In this document: piece after piece, positions 29,968-43,035 of the stretch
How positions within the stretch are numbered: position 1 is the stretch's first letter
Layout: every line of letters begins with the position of its first letter
Assembly: GCF_006345805.1 (NCBI RefSeq)
Contig: NC_042999.1
Coordinates: forward strand, 70,928,001 to 70,992,000
DNA from: Octopus sinensis
Taxonomy: Eukaryota
Reading direction: 5' to 3'
DNA length: 64,000 bases
Notes under the pieces: model-generated
Seen by the model: only the letters and a program-made list of their open reading frames with translations
What the model was told of the DNA's origin: nothing
The model's database searches: none
Position numbers and translations under genes: made by a program

Positions 29968-30241
29968 GGAGGCGCAATGGACCAGTGGTTAAGGCAGCGG
30001 ACTCGCGGTTGTAGGATCGCGGTTTCGACTCCCAGACCGAGCGTTGTGAGTGTTTATTGAGCGAAAACACCTAAAGCTCCACAAGTCTCCGGCAAGGGGG
30101 CGGTGGCGATCCCTGCTGTACTCTTTCGCCACAACTTTCTCTCACTCTTTCTTCTGTTGGCCTGTTCGCTTAGCCAATCATTTGGAGGCTAAAGCAATGC
30201 GAAGCGATGTGTAACAAAATCTGATAGCCTGGTCGGTCACG

Positions 30242-30245
<4 letters not shown>
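29968..30245 (+). mobile_element. tRNA-headed SINE, family C
   Basis: A box (tggaccagtggttaagg) and B box (ggtttcgactc) at tRNA spacing, non-tRNA body, ends ggtcacggtga(ta)n. No tRNA cloverleaf 3' half. Confidence 0.85.
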
Positions 30246-30310
<65 letters not shown>

Positions 30311-30571
30311 GTATATATGTATGTATGTATGTATATGCATGTATGTGTATATCTATCTATCTATCTATCTATCTATCTACATACACGCACATACATATAC
30401 ATATGGTGAAATCACGCGATACAATAGTGCCATACACCTATGGTGACAAGAATTTTGTCAGTCGGTATAGTCCGTGTTTTTTTAGCGTTTCTCGTTTGTA
30501 CGAGATTTCTTGGGATGTTCACCGGTGTCTAAGGCTTTCTAAACGACACAGGCAATTTAGCCAACTATATA

Positions 30572-30982
30572 TATTCTTTTATTCTTTTTTCTTTTATTTG
30601 TTTCAGTCATTTGACTGCAGCCATGCTGGAGCACCGCCTTTAATCGAGCAAATCGACCCCAGAACTTATTCTTTGTAAGCCTAGTATTTATTCTATCGTT
30701 CTTCTTTGCCGAACCGCTAAGTTACGGGGACGTAAACACACCAGCATCGGTTGTCAAGCGATGTTGGGGGGACAAACACAGACACACAAACGTACACACG
30801 CACACACACATATATATATACGACGGGCTTCTTTCAGTTTCTGTCTACCAAATCTACTCACAAGGCTTTGGTCGGCCCGAGGCTATAGTAGGAGACACTT
30901 GCTCAAGGTGCCACGCAGTGGGACTGAACCCGAAACCATGTGGTTCGTAAGCAAGCTACTTACCACATAGCCATTCCTACGC

Positions 30983-30983
<1 letters not shown>
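30572..30983 (-). mobile_element. SINE family A, full length
   Basis: Reverse complement aligns end to end with 13661-14076. Confidence 0.93.
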
Positions 30984-31017
<34 letters not shown>

Positions 31018-31379
31018 ATCTAATGAAAATGAATTATACATGAGCTACTTTAAGTTTCATGCTTTGATAGTGCAGTAATCGCATAGGCTTGTATAGTGTA
31101 CCGTATGCATCCAGAAATGGCTTAGGCTCAAACGACAGGTTGTTCCGCGAGGAAATGCGAGAAAAAGTGAGGAAATATTACGAGAAGAAATGGGAAGAAA
31201 ACGTATTCCCTACTATAATAGTATCCTGGCCTCCAGTGGTTTTAAAGAAACGATAATATACATTCCAACCAAGACAAGAACCAAGCCTAAAAATTGGAAA
31301 GTTATGTGGTATGCGTCTACATTTCCTTGAGTGTTAGTACTAAAGTAGGTCAACAAAAAATCCTAGTTTTGAGAGATAA

Positions 31380-31740
31380 TAAAATTTTCCTTAACATTCG
31401 CAAATATAAGAATATCTTCAATAATCTGTCCCTGAAAGTTTCCTACAGCCGCGGTCCTAATATGAAAAACCTCTGTTTACTTAAGCCAATCAAGATTCCC
31501 ATTCCTGACTGCAACTGCAGGTACGAATACTTCTTCACTAGAAGGTATGCGTTAGCTCAGTCGTATGCGAATATGATGTCACCTCTGTGCCGCCAAACAA
31601 AGGCACTATAAGATAAAAATATATTGGAATCTGGGAAGCGATTTAAAAAAGAGTACGTTAATTACTAGTCTTCTTTGAAGCACATAGACAAAAGAAAAGC
31701 ACAAAGCTAGCAAGCCTTATCTAGGAAATAAAGAACAGCA
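31380..31740 (+). pseudogene. Penelope-like element, GIY-YIG endonuclease region remnant
   Basis: KYKNIFNNLSLKVSYSRGPNMKN, DCNCR, KYIGI and SSLKHIDKR resemble the K.SYSC.PN / CNC / YIG motifs of C-terminal GIY-YIG PLEs. A Naiad-type assignment is an inference from memory of family motifs. Confidence 0.7.
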
Positions 31741-32856
31741 TTAAGCTAGACACCACCAAGTAGAGCATAGTAGAGCACCACCAAGTAGAGCATACAATAA
31801 TAGTTTAAAACATTCAGGCTCTGTATAACTAACTGAAAAACATGTCCTTTTTGATTGAAGAACTATGCCGACATTTTAAACTCGAGTTAAAGAGCTTTCA
31901 CGAGATGTATGCATCGCGATAAGTTTCTGATATTGAACTGGAATCCCTAGCACCAGATTAGATACACAGGTTCATGTATTTTAGCATTTCCATCTTTCAA
32001 CTATCCTCCTTAACGATATTTTTTTCTTTTAGATGTAAACACCCAGCGTTAAGACTAGTCTTCATTTAACGGGTTACAGGGTCATAAACATTATTTCCCT
32101 TTCCCTTAAGGATTTCTTGTAATTTATTCTCGTTTTTATTTTTTGCATTTCCTTGTAGAGTGGCCATGTCATCTGGACCTAAGCAATTGCCGAATTGTGC
32201 TAGGTATGCTATATAATCCCGTTCGACTATTACACTATCCGTATTGTAGCTGACGTATAACTCCCGTGTTCATTAAATAACACTCATCTCTCATTGAATT
32301 GAGAGCCTTTCTGCTGATCTGCCAACAGGCTAACACTATATATAATCACACACACTCACACACATATATACATACATATTCATGTACATGCGTATATACA
32401 TATGTAAACACATACGGTTACACACATATATCCGCCTAAAAGCATAGTGTACGCACACTCATAAATATAGGCGCGTACGATTGACGTAAACGTGATAATA
32501 TTTACGAACACACATGGATGTCACAGGACAACGATACACACTAACTAGGCTACCGATTATGCATTTCACCATGCACATACTCTCATGGAAATAATGTAAT
32601 GCACAGTTACACAAGTATACATAGAATATCACTATTCAAGGAAACACGGGATCATTTTTCTTCAAAGATACGCCACATATAGGTACGTACAGTCATTACA
32701 TACAGTCATCACACACATACATGCATACATAGATATATACATACATACATACATACATACATACATACATACATACATACATACATACAAAAATACATGC
32801 ATACATACATACCTACATACACACACACATAAATACATACACATACACACACACAC

Positions 32857-33616
32857 ATAATTGTTAAAGAAGACAACAAACAGTAAGGCAAGGCAAACAT
32901 CTCAAGTCGTATACAATATTATTATTAGAAAAAAATTTCAAAGTCTTAAAGATGTTTCTAGGATATCCCCCAGTATGGGATATTCCGTCTTCAGAGACTA
33001 ATAAGAAAAAAAAGGGAAAATGAGAATGGTATATGTTGATGAGATGACGGCATAGAGGAAGGGTGTAAAAGAATAAGGAGATGGAGAGAAATAATATGTT
33101 CGCGTCTTTTTTTCTCTGGATGTTTACTATACCAGGATTTTAACCCACATGGATCTACGCAGGATTTCACCTAAGTATTTATGCGCTTGTTTCTACATCG
33201 GAAAGTTGAACTATGAACTTTTATGCTTCTTTTTTTCTTCTCTCTCTCCATCTCCGTATTCCTTTACTCCCTTCCTCTATGTTGTCATCTCATTAATATA
33301 TAGCATTCTCATTTTCCCTATTTTTCCCTATTTGTCTCTGATGACCGAATGTCCCATACTCTGGGATATCCCAGAAACATCTGTAACACTGAATTTTTTT
33401 CCAATAATAATATTGTATATGGCTTGAGATGTTTGTCTTGCCTTAATGTTTGTTGTTCTCTTTAACAATTATATATATCCTGCATCGGAAATATGCAATG
33501 GCTCCATAACTACCGTCTTGGCTATAACCTCGGAGCCCTAGTAATCCGTTTCAGCACTTACCTAGTGTACCTAATCGCTTAGATCACCTGTGAACTAAAC
33601 CCCCATACTCTGTATT
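32857..33616. mobile_element. Long inverted-repeat element with hammerheads on both arms plus a unique 3' tail (PLE pLTR-like)
   Basis: Arms 32857-33090 and 33241-33472 (about 233 bp, roughly 85-88% identical by eye), 150-bp spacer, tail 33473-33616. Hammerheads at 33333-33390 (+) and 32942-32999 (-). Confidence 0.85.
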
Positions 33617-33640
33617 TATATATATATATTATATAACATA

Positions 33641-33674
<34 letters not shown>

Positions 33675-33775
33675 GATATATATATATTATATATATTATA
33701 CATTATATACATATATATACTATATATACATATATATCATACACACACATACATATATAATATATATATATTATC

Positions 33776-33810
<35 letters not shown>

Positions 33811-33922
33811 TATATATATTATATATATATATATATAGGGATATATATATATAACACATTTGTCTCTTATGCAAATACATCCATCCATCAATCAATCAAT
33901 CAATCAATAGATCTATGTATCA

Positions 33923-33982
<60 letters not shown>

Positions 33983-33983
33983 C

Positions 33984-34042
<59 letters not shown>

Positions 34043-34744
34043 GTCTGTCTGTCTGTCTGTCTTTGTGTCTATGTATACACGCACCCACTCACTAACACAC
34101 ACATATACACATAAGCTAGAATACTTACTAACAAAAATAGACATTGCAAAATATTAAACACCACCTACACCATCAAATAATAAATAGGAATATACTACGA
34201 CTTGGAGGTGAATAGAAAAAAAAATGTCATGAACAAAGAGAATATGATTTTCATTTTCTCTCTTTACTCTGTATAGACTTCCGTATATGACTACAAATGT
34301 GATAAGAATTGACAGTCTAAATGTTAAATTTAGATCGTAAGTTAGAAACCTGACTTTCATTTGCTTGGATTGTTACAGTCTATTTTTGTCTGCTTAACAT
34401 ATCTGTAAGCAGACACATTTATATAACATACATGCATACGTGGCTGGCTAAAGACCGCATCATCACGTCCCTGACCAGCCTCGTATGGCGCTTAAAAGAG
34501 GAAGGAACCTCATGCATAATAAAATGGAAAATCTGGGAACTTATATAAATAGAAGAACCGGGAACTTATATAAAAGTAAACGATGTAAGCGTTTCTTGGC
34601 AGACAGAGCAAGAATCTTTAAAAAAAAAATGACTCGCTCGACCCGGAGGCCTTCTTAAACATCAGGAAATAAGTATTTAGTAAACACCTTTCTATAAAAC
34701 GTTTCCTACTACTGACCTGGAATTCCCTATTCATTAAATAGGCC

Positions 34745-35140
34745 CGTCGCAGCCATGTCAGTGCGTTCATCCAGTGTTAGTGACTATTATACAAATAATG
34801 TCAGCTTCAAATTGTTGATCAGAAGTATAGTTCTCCTGATACTTCTGGGCAAACAACAGCATCAAACATACGCTCTGAAAAATTTTGCTTCAGAAAACGG
34901 ATTATGTTTAGCAATTTTATAAGCAAGCATAGAACCGACCTTTTAGGCAACATCTAGTATGGTTGACTGTTTTACAAAAGATTAGTTTTGATTTAAACTT
35001 CTCAACATGTCACTGGATTTTCGCCGTTGTTCACTTTCCCATAAATTACTTTCAAAGTTACTGTGTTTGTTCTGAAAATGTCCATTCAAATTATACGCCA
35101 TAAAAACAATGTCTTGGTGTATTAGATTCATTACCTTATT
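34745..35140 (-). pseudogene. hAT transposase remnant (GTF2IRD2/SPIN-like N-terminal half)
   Basis: Minus frames give YNLNGHFQNKH (compare YNLKRHYETKH), LAYKIAKHNPFSEAKF (compare VAY.IAK..KPF.EGEF) and SLTLDERTD (compare SLALDESTD). Confidence 0.72.
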
Positions 35141-35246
35141 TGGATATTTGAAAATAAATATGTTTATGTTCTACGTCAAATGTACAACTTACATATTTAA
35201 CTTTCCCTTTTGCTTTTAAAAAAATTTTTCAGCCGTCATTGATATT

Positions 35247-35460
35247 ATTTTCTACTCTAGGCACAAGGCCCGAAATTTTTGAGGAGGGGGCCAGTCGATT
35301 ATATCGACCCCAGTACACAACTGGTACTTAATTTATCGACACCGAAAGGATGAAAGGCAAAGTCGACCTCGGCGGAATTTGAACTCACAACGTAACGACA
35401 GACGAAATACCGATAAGCATTTCGTTCAGCGTGCTAACATTTCTGCCAGCTCAGCGCCTT
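35247..35460 (-). mobile_element. SINE family B monomer, tail type Y
   Basis: Full head-core-tail; tail gccttgtgcctagagtagaaaa. Degenerate 16-bp flanking repeat agccgtcattgatatt / agcctttagtgatatt. Confidence 0.92.
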
Positions 35461-35491
35461 AGCCTTTAGTGATATTGTAAGATGTAATGCA

Positions 35492-35631
35492 TAGTAATAC
35501 CTCACTTGACGAGGACCCGCTTTACGAGACCTCTGAATTACGAGCTTTAACGAGTTTTATTTCCTGTTTACGAGATTTTCTTTACGATCATTCTCTGGGA
35601 AGGAATTAATTCGTATATCGAGGCATTACTG
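35492..35631. mobile_element. pogo/Tigger-like MITE (about 140 bp)
   Basis: Imperfect TIRs TAGTAATACCTCACTTGACGA and (reverse complement) CAGTAATGCCTCGATATACGA; TA at the right end. Confidence 0.6.
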
Positions 35632-35931
35632 TACATTAAAATACTTGAAAGTTACTAAATGTGTTTTGAACGACGCTTTCTTTTTTATTTTTTAATAATA
35701 AAAATAAGGTTGGTAATAGTTGGCGGTCTTTGTTCAAAAGAACAGGATGACCAAAGCTAAGCTGCAGCCAAGAAGTCACGACAAGACAGTTTTCTGCTTT
35801 ATTAATAATATGTAAAGTTCAGAAATATATATTGTGGGAAATGTAGAATAAAATTACCCATTAAAATATTTGATATTACACAGGGAAAGCTATATGATAG
35901 TTGATTTGGGATATTAGGAAGAAATGCATTG

Positions 35932-35974
<43 letters not shown>

Positions 35975-36097
35975 CACACACACACTACACACACTCTCTC
36001 TCTCTCTCACACACACACGCACGCAAGCGAACACATATTTAGACGCACAATCACACACTGCGTACACACACATATATATGTGCATATGTATATATAT

Positions 36098-36327
36098 ATT
36101 TCTTTACTGCCCACAAGGGGCTAAACACAGAGGGGACAAACAAGGACAGACAAAGGGATTAAGTCGACTACATCGAACCCAGTGCGTAACTGGTACTTAA
36201 TTTATCGACCCCGAAAGGATGAAAGGCAAAGTCGACCTCGGCGGAATTTGAACTCGGAACGTAACGACAGATGAAATACGACTACGAATTTCGCCCGGCG
36301 TGCTAACGTTTCTACCAGCTCGCCGCC
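36098..36327 (-). mobile_element. SINE family B monomer, tail type X
   Basis: Head ggcggcgagctggtagaaacgttagcacgcc, shared core, tail tttagccccttgtgggcagtaaagaaat. Confidence 0.93.
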
Positions 36328-36820
36328 TATGTATATATATGTACACACACACATATATATATACATATATGTATAATATTTACAATATATGATATGATAT
36401 TTATATATCTATATATATGTGTGTGTACGTGCGTGTATGTATGTATGTATATATATATATATATATATGAAAATAGTGTATGTATTATAAATATAATAAT
36501 GTGCGGCAGGATAGGACACATTTCAAATAAAACACCTTTATCCAAATTATGACCTACTGCAGTTTCCATTTCTGCTTCTGTTCGGTGTTAGGTGGGAAAT
36601 TGGTTTGACATGTCACTTTGCTGGTAAAACTATGAAAAATCATGTGTTTATTACAGATATAGATTTATGATATTGGCCGACGGTCTATATTATCTTCATT
36701 ATTCAAGTGATTTAGTAAAAGGATATAAATTCTGCAAATATTTTTAAATTGGTCGTAGTTAGAGTATAGTGGATAAGAAAGGAAATATCATTGTCGAAGC
36801 ATAATACTCAGTTATATATA

Positions 36821-36902
<82 letters not shown>

Positions 36903-37027
36903 CTATATATATTATACATCTTATATATATATTATATATACATACATACAATACATACATACAGATATATATATATATATATATATAATATGCATGTACA
37001 CACACACACACACACCACACACACATA

Positions 37028-37187
37028 CAACGGACTTCTTTCAGGTTCCGACTACCAAATCCACTCACAAGGCTTGGTCGGCCTGAGGCTATAATAGAAA
37101 CACTTGCCCAAGGTGCCACGCAGTGGGAGTGAACCCGAAATCATGTGGTTGGAAGCAAGCTACTTAGCATACAGCCACTCCTGTGCC

Positions 37188-37188
<1 letters not shown>
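37028..37188 (-). mobile_element. SINE family A, 5' half
   Basis: Matches the head and CORE-like part of 13661-13830. Confidence 0.88.
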
Positions 37189-37256
<68 letters not shown>

Positions 37257-37639
37257 TAGTATACACAATATTTAATGAGTGCTACTAATAGTTTCATGCT
37301 GTGGAAACACGACACTGGGCAGATTTATATAAAGTGGCTTGTGTCGCCAAGCAATCCTTCAGACTTGGTGCACATGGTTAGTCCTATTTGAAAATCAGGG
37401 TGAAGGCTGTTGAGAAAACACGTAAAAAAACGGGAAGATTGATGCAAAAAGTGGAGTGAGAATAAAAACGGGAAAAGAAAAGAAAAGACAGAAGGAAGAC
37501 CAAGATTTACGTCCCATTTGTCCGTAGAAATCATTATTATTATCATCATTAATCTAGCTGATGTATAATAATTTTACGGGGAAGAAGAGAAAGTCTGCAA
37601 GGTAGCTGCTCAATCCGGTGAGTGTGGTGCCCTCGAGTT

Positions 37640-38865
37640 AAACAACAGAAAGCTAACATAGTGACAATGATATTAACGATAAGGCTAAATTCCTCTCGGT
37701 TAGAATGCTTAGCTAAAAGAGAAGTGTTCATTACTCTAAAAGATCACAAACCTAATTTCTGTAATACGTTCAAACCCAGTGAGAAGAGAAAACAGTTTAG
37801 TAGCCAAAAAAAAAAATACCAAGGGATATTAATATTTCTTAGGAGAATTAGAGACTACAAAATTACAGCAATGGGTAAATAGCAGCAATGTCATCGATTG
37901 GTTTAGGAATTGAGAGGATAAGAATAGAGCCAGATTCACACAGTTTAATATTGTTGATTTTATACCTCGATATAGAGATCTTTGCTGGATAAAGCAATTG
38001 AGTTCGTAAAAAGATATGTCAATATTGACCACATAGAGCTGGATTTTGTCATGCACACAGAAAAAACCTTTCTATACTGTAAAGGTTCAGGATGGGTTAA
38101 AAATCTGATACCGGTGAATATTTCGATGTATCAATGAGATTGTATGGCTGTGTAGACATCTGTGAACTTGTTGGTCTCTAGATATTAGAAGCAATGAAAT
38201 CCAAGTTCCCATCCGAAAATATTATTTCTTTATTGCCCACAAGGGGCTAAACATAGAGGGGACAAACAAGGACCGACAAACGGATTAAGTCGATTATATC
38301 GACCCCAGTGTGTAACTGGTACTTAATTTATCGACCCCGAAAGGATGAAAGGCAAAGTCGACCACGGCGGAATTTGAACTCAGAACGTAACGGCAGACGA
38401 AATACCTATTTCTTTACTACCCACAAGGGGCTAAACACAGAGTGGACAAACAAGGACTGACAAACGGATTAAGTCGATTATATCGACCTCAGTGCGTAGC
38501 TGGTACTTATTTAATCGACCCCGAAAGGATGAAAGGCAAAGTCGACCTCGGCGGAATTTGAACTCAGAACATGGCGGCAGACGAAATACGGCTACGCATT
38601 TCGCCTGGCGTGCTAACGATTCTGCCAGCTCACCGCCTTCCCATCTGAAAATATTGGCCTCTACTGAGACGATGGTTTGGGCATATCTTATGACTGAGAT
38701 GGATATACGCTCGATAAATTTCGGATAAAATTAATACATATACCTTTGGTTAATTAGGACTCAAAATTATTATAACCACTAATCTCTCCAAAGTTGATTT
38801 CTTAGATGTTTCCCTAGATTTAAACTCGCGCTCTTATAAACCCTATCATAAACCGAATAAGACAG
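37640..38865 (+). pseudogene. Penelope-like element reverse transcriptase remnant, interrupted by a SINE dimer
   Basis: ECLAKREVFITLKDHKPNF, FNIVDFY, FDVSMRLYGCVDICELVGL, then after the SINE NIGLY*DDGLG (catalytic YRDD with CGA to TGA) and VDFLDVSLDLNSRSYKPYHKPN. Confidence 0.88.
38224..38637 (-). mobile_element. SINE family B dimer with TSD
   Basis: Two cores; 18-bp TSD ttcccatc(c/t)gaaaatatt at 38206-38223 and 38638-38655. Confidence 0.94.
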
Positions 38866-38884
38866 TTACAACTGGGAGTGCACT

Positions 38885-39600
38885 CTGTGTTTGTCGCTTC
38901 CCACAGCTTGACAATCGGTGTTAGTATATTTACATCCCCGTAACTTTGCGAATCGGAAAAATAGACCACCGATAAAATAAGTACCGTAAATCCTCGAGTA
39001 TAATCCGCATTTTCCCCACAAAATTTAAAGGTCAAAATCCCTAGTGCGTACTATGTACGAGGTTAAAAATGAAAACTATTTTCTAAGCAATGCTCGAGTC
39101 TCTATTTACTGTCTGGCAATGTTTATTCAGACGCATTTTGTGATGTCAGGCGCGAAAATACCCTAAGCTAAGACTGAAAACAATGAAGTCATAAAAGAAT
39201 CATCCATAACATGCAGTAAGCAACATTTATTAAACGTTATTACTGTTATTACTATTATTTCTTTATTTTCTGCAAACAAAATGCACAAAAAAGCTACACG
39301 TTTGCATTATATGTACAATAATAATAAAGGACGTTACCGTATACATTTTTACAAACCAAGGACGTTATATAGACCTCCTTGATTCAAGTTAGAGAAGGGG
39401 TGGGTATTATACACAAGGTTTAGGTTTTTCAGAGGTACAGCCCCCTAAAATTCCCCTCCGTATTATACTCAAGGGCGTACTATACTCGAGGATTTACGGT
39501 ACCAGCTTAAACAAAAACAAGTAGCGGGGTCGATTCGTGCGTCTAAAATTCTCCAATGTTGTGCCCCAGAATGGCCGCAGTCTAATAACCGAAACAAGTA
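38885..39600 (+). mobile_element. Old SINE family A 3' half, split by a MITE
   Basis: gcttgacaatcggtg...gataaaataagTA | TAccagc...gtgccccagaatggccgcagtctaataaccgaaacaagta rejoins into the family A 3' half. Confidence 0.75.
38984..39499. mobile_element. Tc1/mariner-superfamily (pogo/Tc2-like) MITE, 516 bp
   Basis: 19-bp perfect TIR CCGTAAATCCTCGAGTATA; TA duplication at 38982-38983 and 39500-39501. Confidence 0.9.
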
Positions 39601-40450
39601 ATACATATATACGCATTACACACAAACGCACACATACTCACATCCATATATGTACATGGATATGAAATTTGGTAATTCATTTCCCTTATATATATATATA
39701 TATCTATATATATATAAGCATGATCAGCACTATGACTAGGAGAAATGCATTTTTATAAACTTAGAAAAGTAGTAAAAGAGTGGAACTACCTTCTTAAGTA
39801 GTTTCATCCAATTAACGACACTTTATTCAGTCTTATATTTTTATATTCATTGATCGTTCTTAATCTTGTCAAGTGAAAAACATTATTTGCTGAAGAGAGC
39901 TAAAATGACCGAAACGTGCTTTTCTTCCGCCACCTGGCTTAAAGACTAAATCCATAGTCACTTTCTGCATTTTCCCGAAGGTTCTATAGATTTTGTTTGA
40001 ATTATATCCCTTGAATGTGTTTTAGACAGTTACAGAGAGTGTTTGTCTAATCATGGCATGGATAAATCTCATTTAATACACGTCTTTCACCTCACTATAT
40101 TGCATTTCTGAGACCATATCCTGTTTGTATTTAGTATGCAGAACGTTCTCTTGAGGTATTTTACCTCAGTCATATTGTTGAATCCCTAAAGAAGTTATAC
40201 ATTTTCTCGCCTTCATAAACGTCTCGATAGCTTTGTTTTGACAGAACCTTAATTAGCAGAAAAATACGAGCTATGTCACTACATACTAAATTCCCCAAAA
40301 TATCCTATGACGCTGATAGACGAGTTTGCTAAAATTCTTCAACATAAAAATATCTATCGACCCAAAAGTACTATTCGCGAGATACAAACAAAATATAGTT
40401 CAAAGAATAAAGTAAAGGGAAATTTATACATGCAAACACATGCACACACT

Positions 40451-40482
<32 letters not shown>

Positions 40483-40884
40483 CATACATACATACATACA
40501 TACATACATACATACATACATACATACATACGTACGTACGTACGTACATACATACATACATACATACATACATACATACACACATATGTATACACATTCA
40601 TACATGGATACATACATAAAAAACATACATACATGCATACATACAGACATACATATATGTATGTATGTACAAAAATGAAAGAAGACAGGAAATTCTCCTA
40701 AGCAAACAGGAAGTACAGTGTCAGAAAAATAAAGAAAGAAGAAGAATCAGAGTCATCAAAGATAAAATACATTGGAATGCACCAAACAATATTTGAAATG
40801 GTACTGATGTTCAATGCATGAGGAATAAAAGAGTTCTCATTATTGATTTTCCCATTGACAGTGATTATTAATTCGGGGAGAGAA

Positions 40885-40918
<34 letters not shown>

Positions 40919-41142
40919 TGAAATTAGGCTGTGAATCTTTTTTACAGAACTAGTCACATTAATCCTTGGTGCTGGAGATGATAGGGGTTGTAGAAATAGT
41001 ATTAGCTAACAGCGATATAGAACTCGTTGTTTTATAAAGGTTAGAGTAGCTGTGATGTTAATCAGAATGATTTAATCGATAGGAATATTCCTTATCATTT
41101 GATGAACCATATTTCTTTAATAACAAATAAAATTTAAAAAAA

Positions 41143-41239
<97 letters not shown>

Positions 41240-41265
41240 GCTGCTGCTATTATTATTTTTAAGAA

Positions 41266-41473
41266 GGTGGAGAGCTGGCAGAATCGTTAGCACACCAGGG
41301 AAAATGCTTAGCGATCGTTTTTTGCTACGTTCTGAGATCAAATGACGCCGAGGTCGACTTTGCCTTTTATCCTCTCGGAGTCGGTAAATTAAGTACCAGT
41401 GAAACACTGGGGTCGGTGTAATCGGCCTGTCTCCTCAACCCAAATTTCAAGCCTTGTGCCTTTAGTAGAAAGG

Positions 41474-41476
<3 letters not shown>
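41266..41476 (+). mobile_element. SINE family B monomer, tail type Y ending in (ATT)n
   Basis: ggtggagagctggcagaatcgttagc...gccttgtgcctttagtagaaaggatt(att)n. Confidence 0.9.
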
Positions 41477-41558
<82 letters not shown>

Positions 41559-42849
41559 GACATCACACCGTGTACAATATTGTGAAGTTGTTGACTGAAG
41601 ATATTGTATCTACCGAGGGTTTATACAGTTTGTCAAGTCGCAAAAAGGACTTCAGACAGACAGCACTTTACACAATATGCATGCAGTTCCAAGTAATGCC
41701 ATCTTTTGCAAAACATCTAGATTGTAGGGTATCTCTAAGGTTTTCAGATGTTTTTTCAGATTGGGTGGTATTGAACCCAATGCTCTGATGACAATAGGAA
41801 TAACCTTTATGTTCGACTCTCGTAGCTGCCACATCTTAGCAATTTCAATTCTCAGGTCTCCATATTTATCAACTTTTTCTTTTTCTTTCATGATGATATG
41901 TTGATCACCTGGCATTGCTATGTCGATTATTAGGCACTCTTGTTAGTCACTCCTAATGGTTACTATATCCGGCCTTCGGTGCTCTAACACTTTATCTGTG
42001 TGGAAATCAAAGTCCCGGAGGATTTTTGCGTTCCCCTTTTTGTCCATAACCTTTTCCGGTGTATCCATACTTACGGCATAGTAGCCAGTGGAGGCTTTGG
42101 GCTAATTTGTCGTGTCTACGCTTGTACTCTTTCTGCACAAGTCTTTCACAAGCACTAACAATGTGAGTCATGCTTTTGACCCTCTTCCCACACATTCTGC
42201 AGATGTCTGATGCACTTGTGTGGTATATATTTTTTTTCACTGAATTGGTATTCAATGCCTGGTCTTGGGCCGCGATGATTAGGCTATCAGTATTCTTTTT
42301 TTGGTCACCCATCTGGAGGCACCTCCATGATGCTCCCTGGTCTTTTAATTTGTTGGTTTCACGGTGGAACTGACCATGTAATTCCATACGGAGTAGGGTT
42401 CTTGTCTGTCGCTGGCTGTTCTTGTTCGGAATTCATGAGCACTCTCAAGTGCATTTTTAACTACTTCTGCGCTAGCAGCATACTGTTGCAGGTCTTCTTT
42501 GCTGTTTACCAAATATTTTGCCATGTTTCTTCTTTCACTGTTGATGCACTCCTGTACGCTAATCAACCCACGTCCGCCCTTACCTGTCTTCATTTGCCTT
42601 CGGGTGGAGGGCACCATGCATTGTCATTGTCTTTCTGGTAGTGCGATCGAATTGGTCAATCTCCGCTGGTGTCCATCACAGAATGGGTGCACTATAGCGG
42701 ACTACAGCAACAGCCCATATGTTGATGGCAGTCACGAAGTTCATTGTGTTGAACTTTGATTTCAAGAGAAGTTTGAGGCACTTGAAATATTCTGTGGTGA
42801 CCTCGTCTTTTATTTCTCTGTGCAAGGTATTGTCCAGCTCCAGGATCCC
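41559..42849 (-). mobile_element. R4/Dong-type non-LTR retrotransposon, 5'-truncated (subfamily A)
   Basis: GILELD (RT thumb region), LHGQFHR, SLIIAAQDQALNT, CRMC...HIVSAC...RRHD and a PD-(D/E)xK endonuclease region ending ALLGTACILCKVLSV. Both ends abut (TAA)n on the sense strand. Confidence 0.92.
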
Positions 42850-42919
<70 letters not shown>

Positions 42920-42947
42920 TTATTATTATAATAATTATTATTATTAA

Positions 42948-43028
<81 letters not shown>

Positions 43029-43035
43029 CATTATT

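Noticed and set aside
29968-30045. tRNA gene
   Set aside because: A and B boxes are present but there is no acceptor-stem closure, and the sequence continues into a SINE body.
31850-31895. TTGAAGA...TAA-ACTCGAGT motif after the GIY-YIG remnant
   Set aside because: C3 and G12 are both wrong and stem I is poor. Suggestive only.
39886-39925. CTGAAGAG...CGAAACGT hammerhead-like motif sharing 13 nt with the 28.7 kb ribozyme
   Set aside because: Stems I and II do not pair and position 17 is G. At most a dead relic, and not counted.
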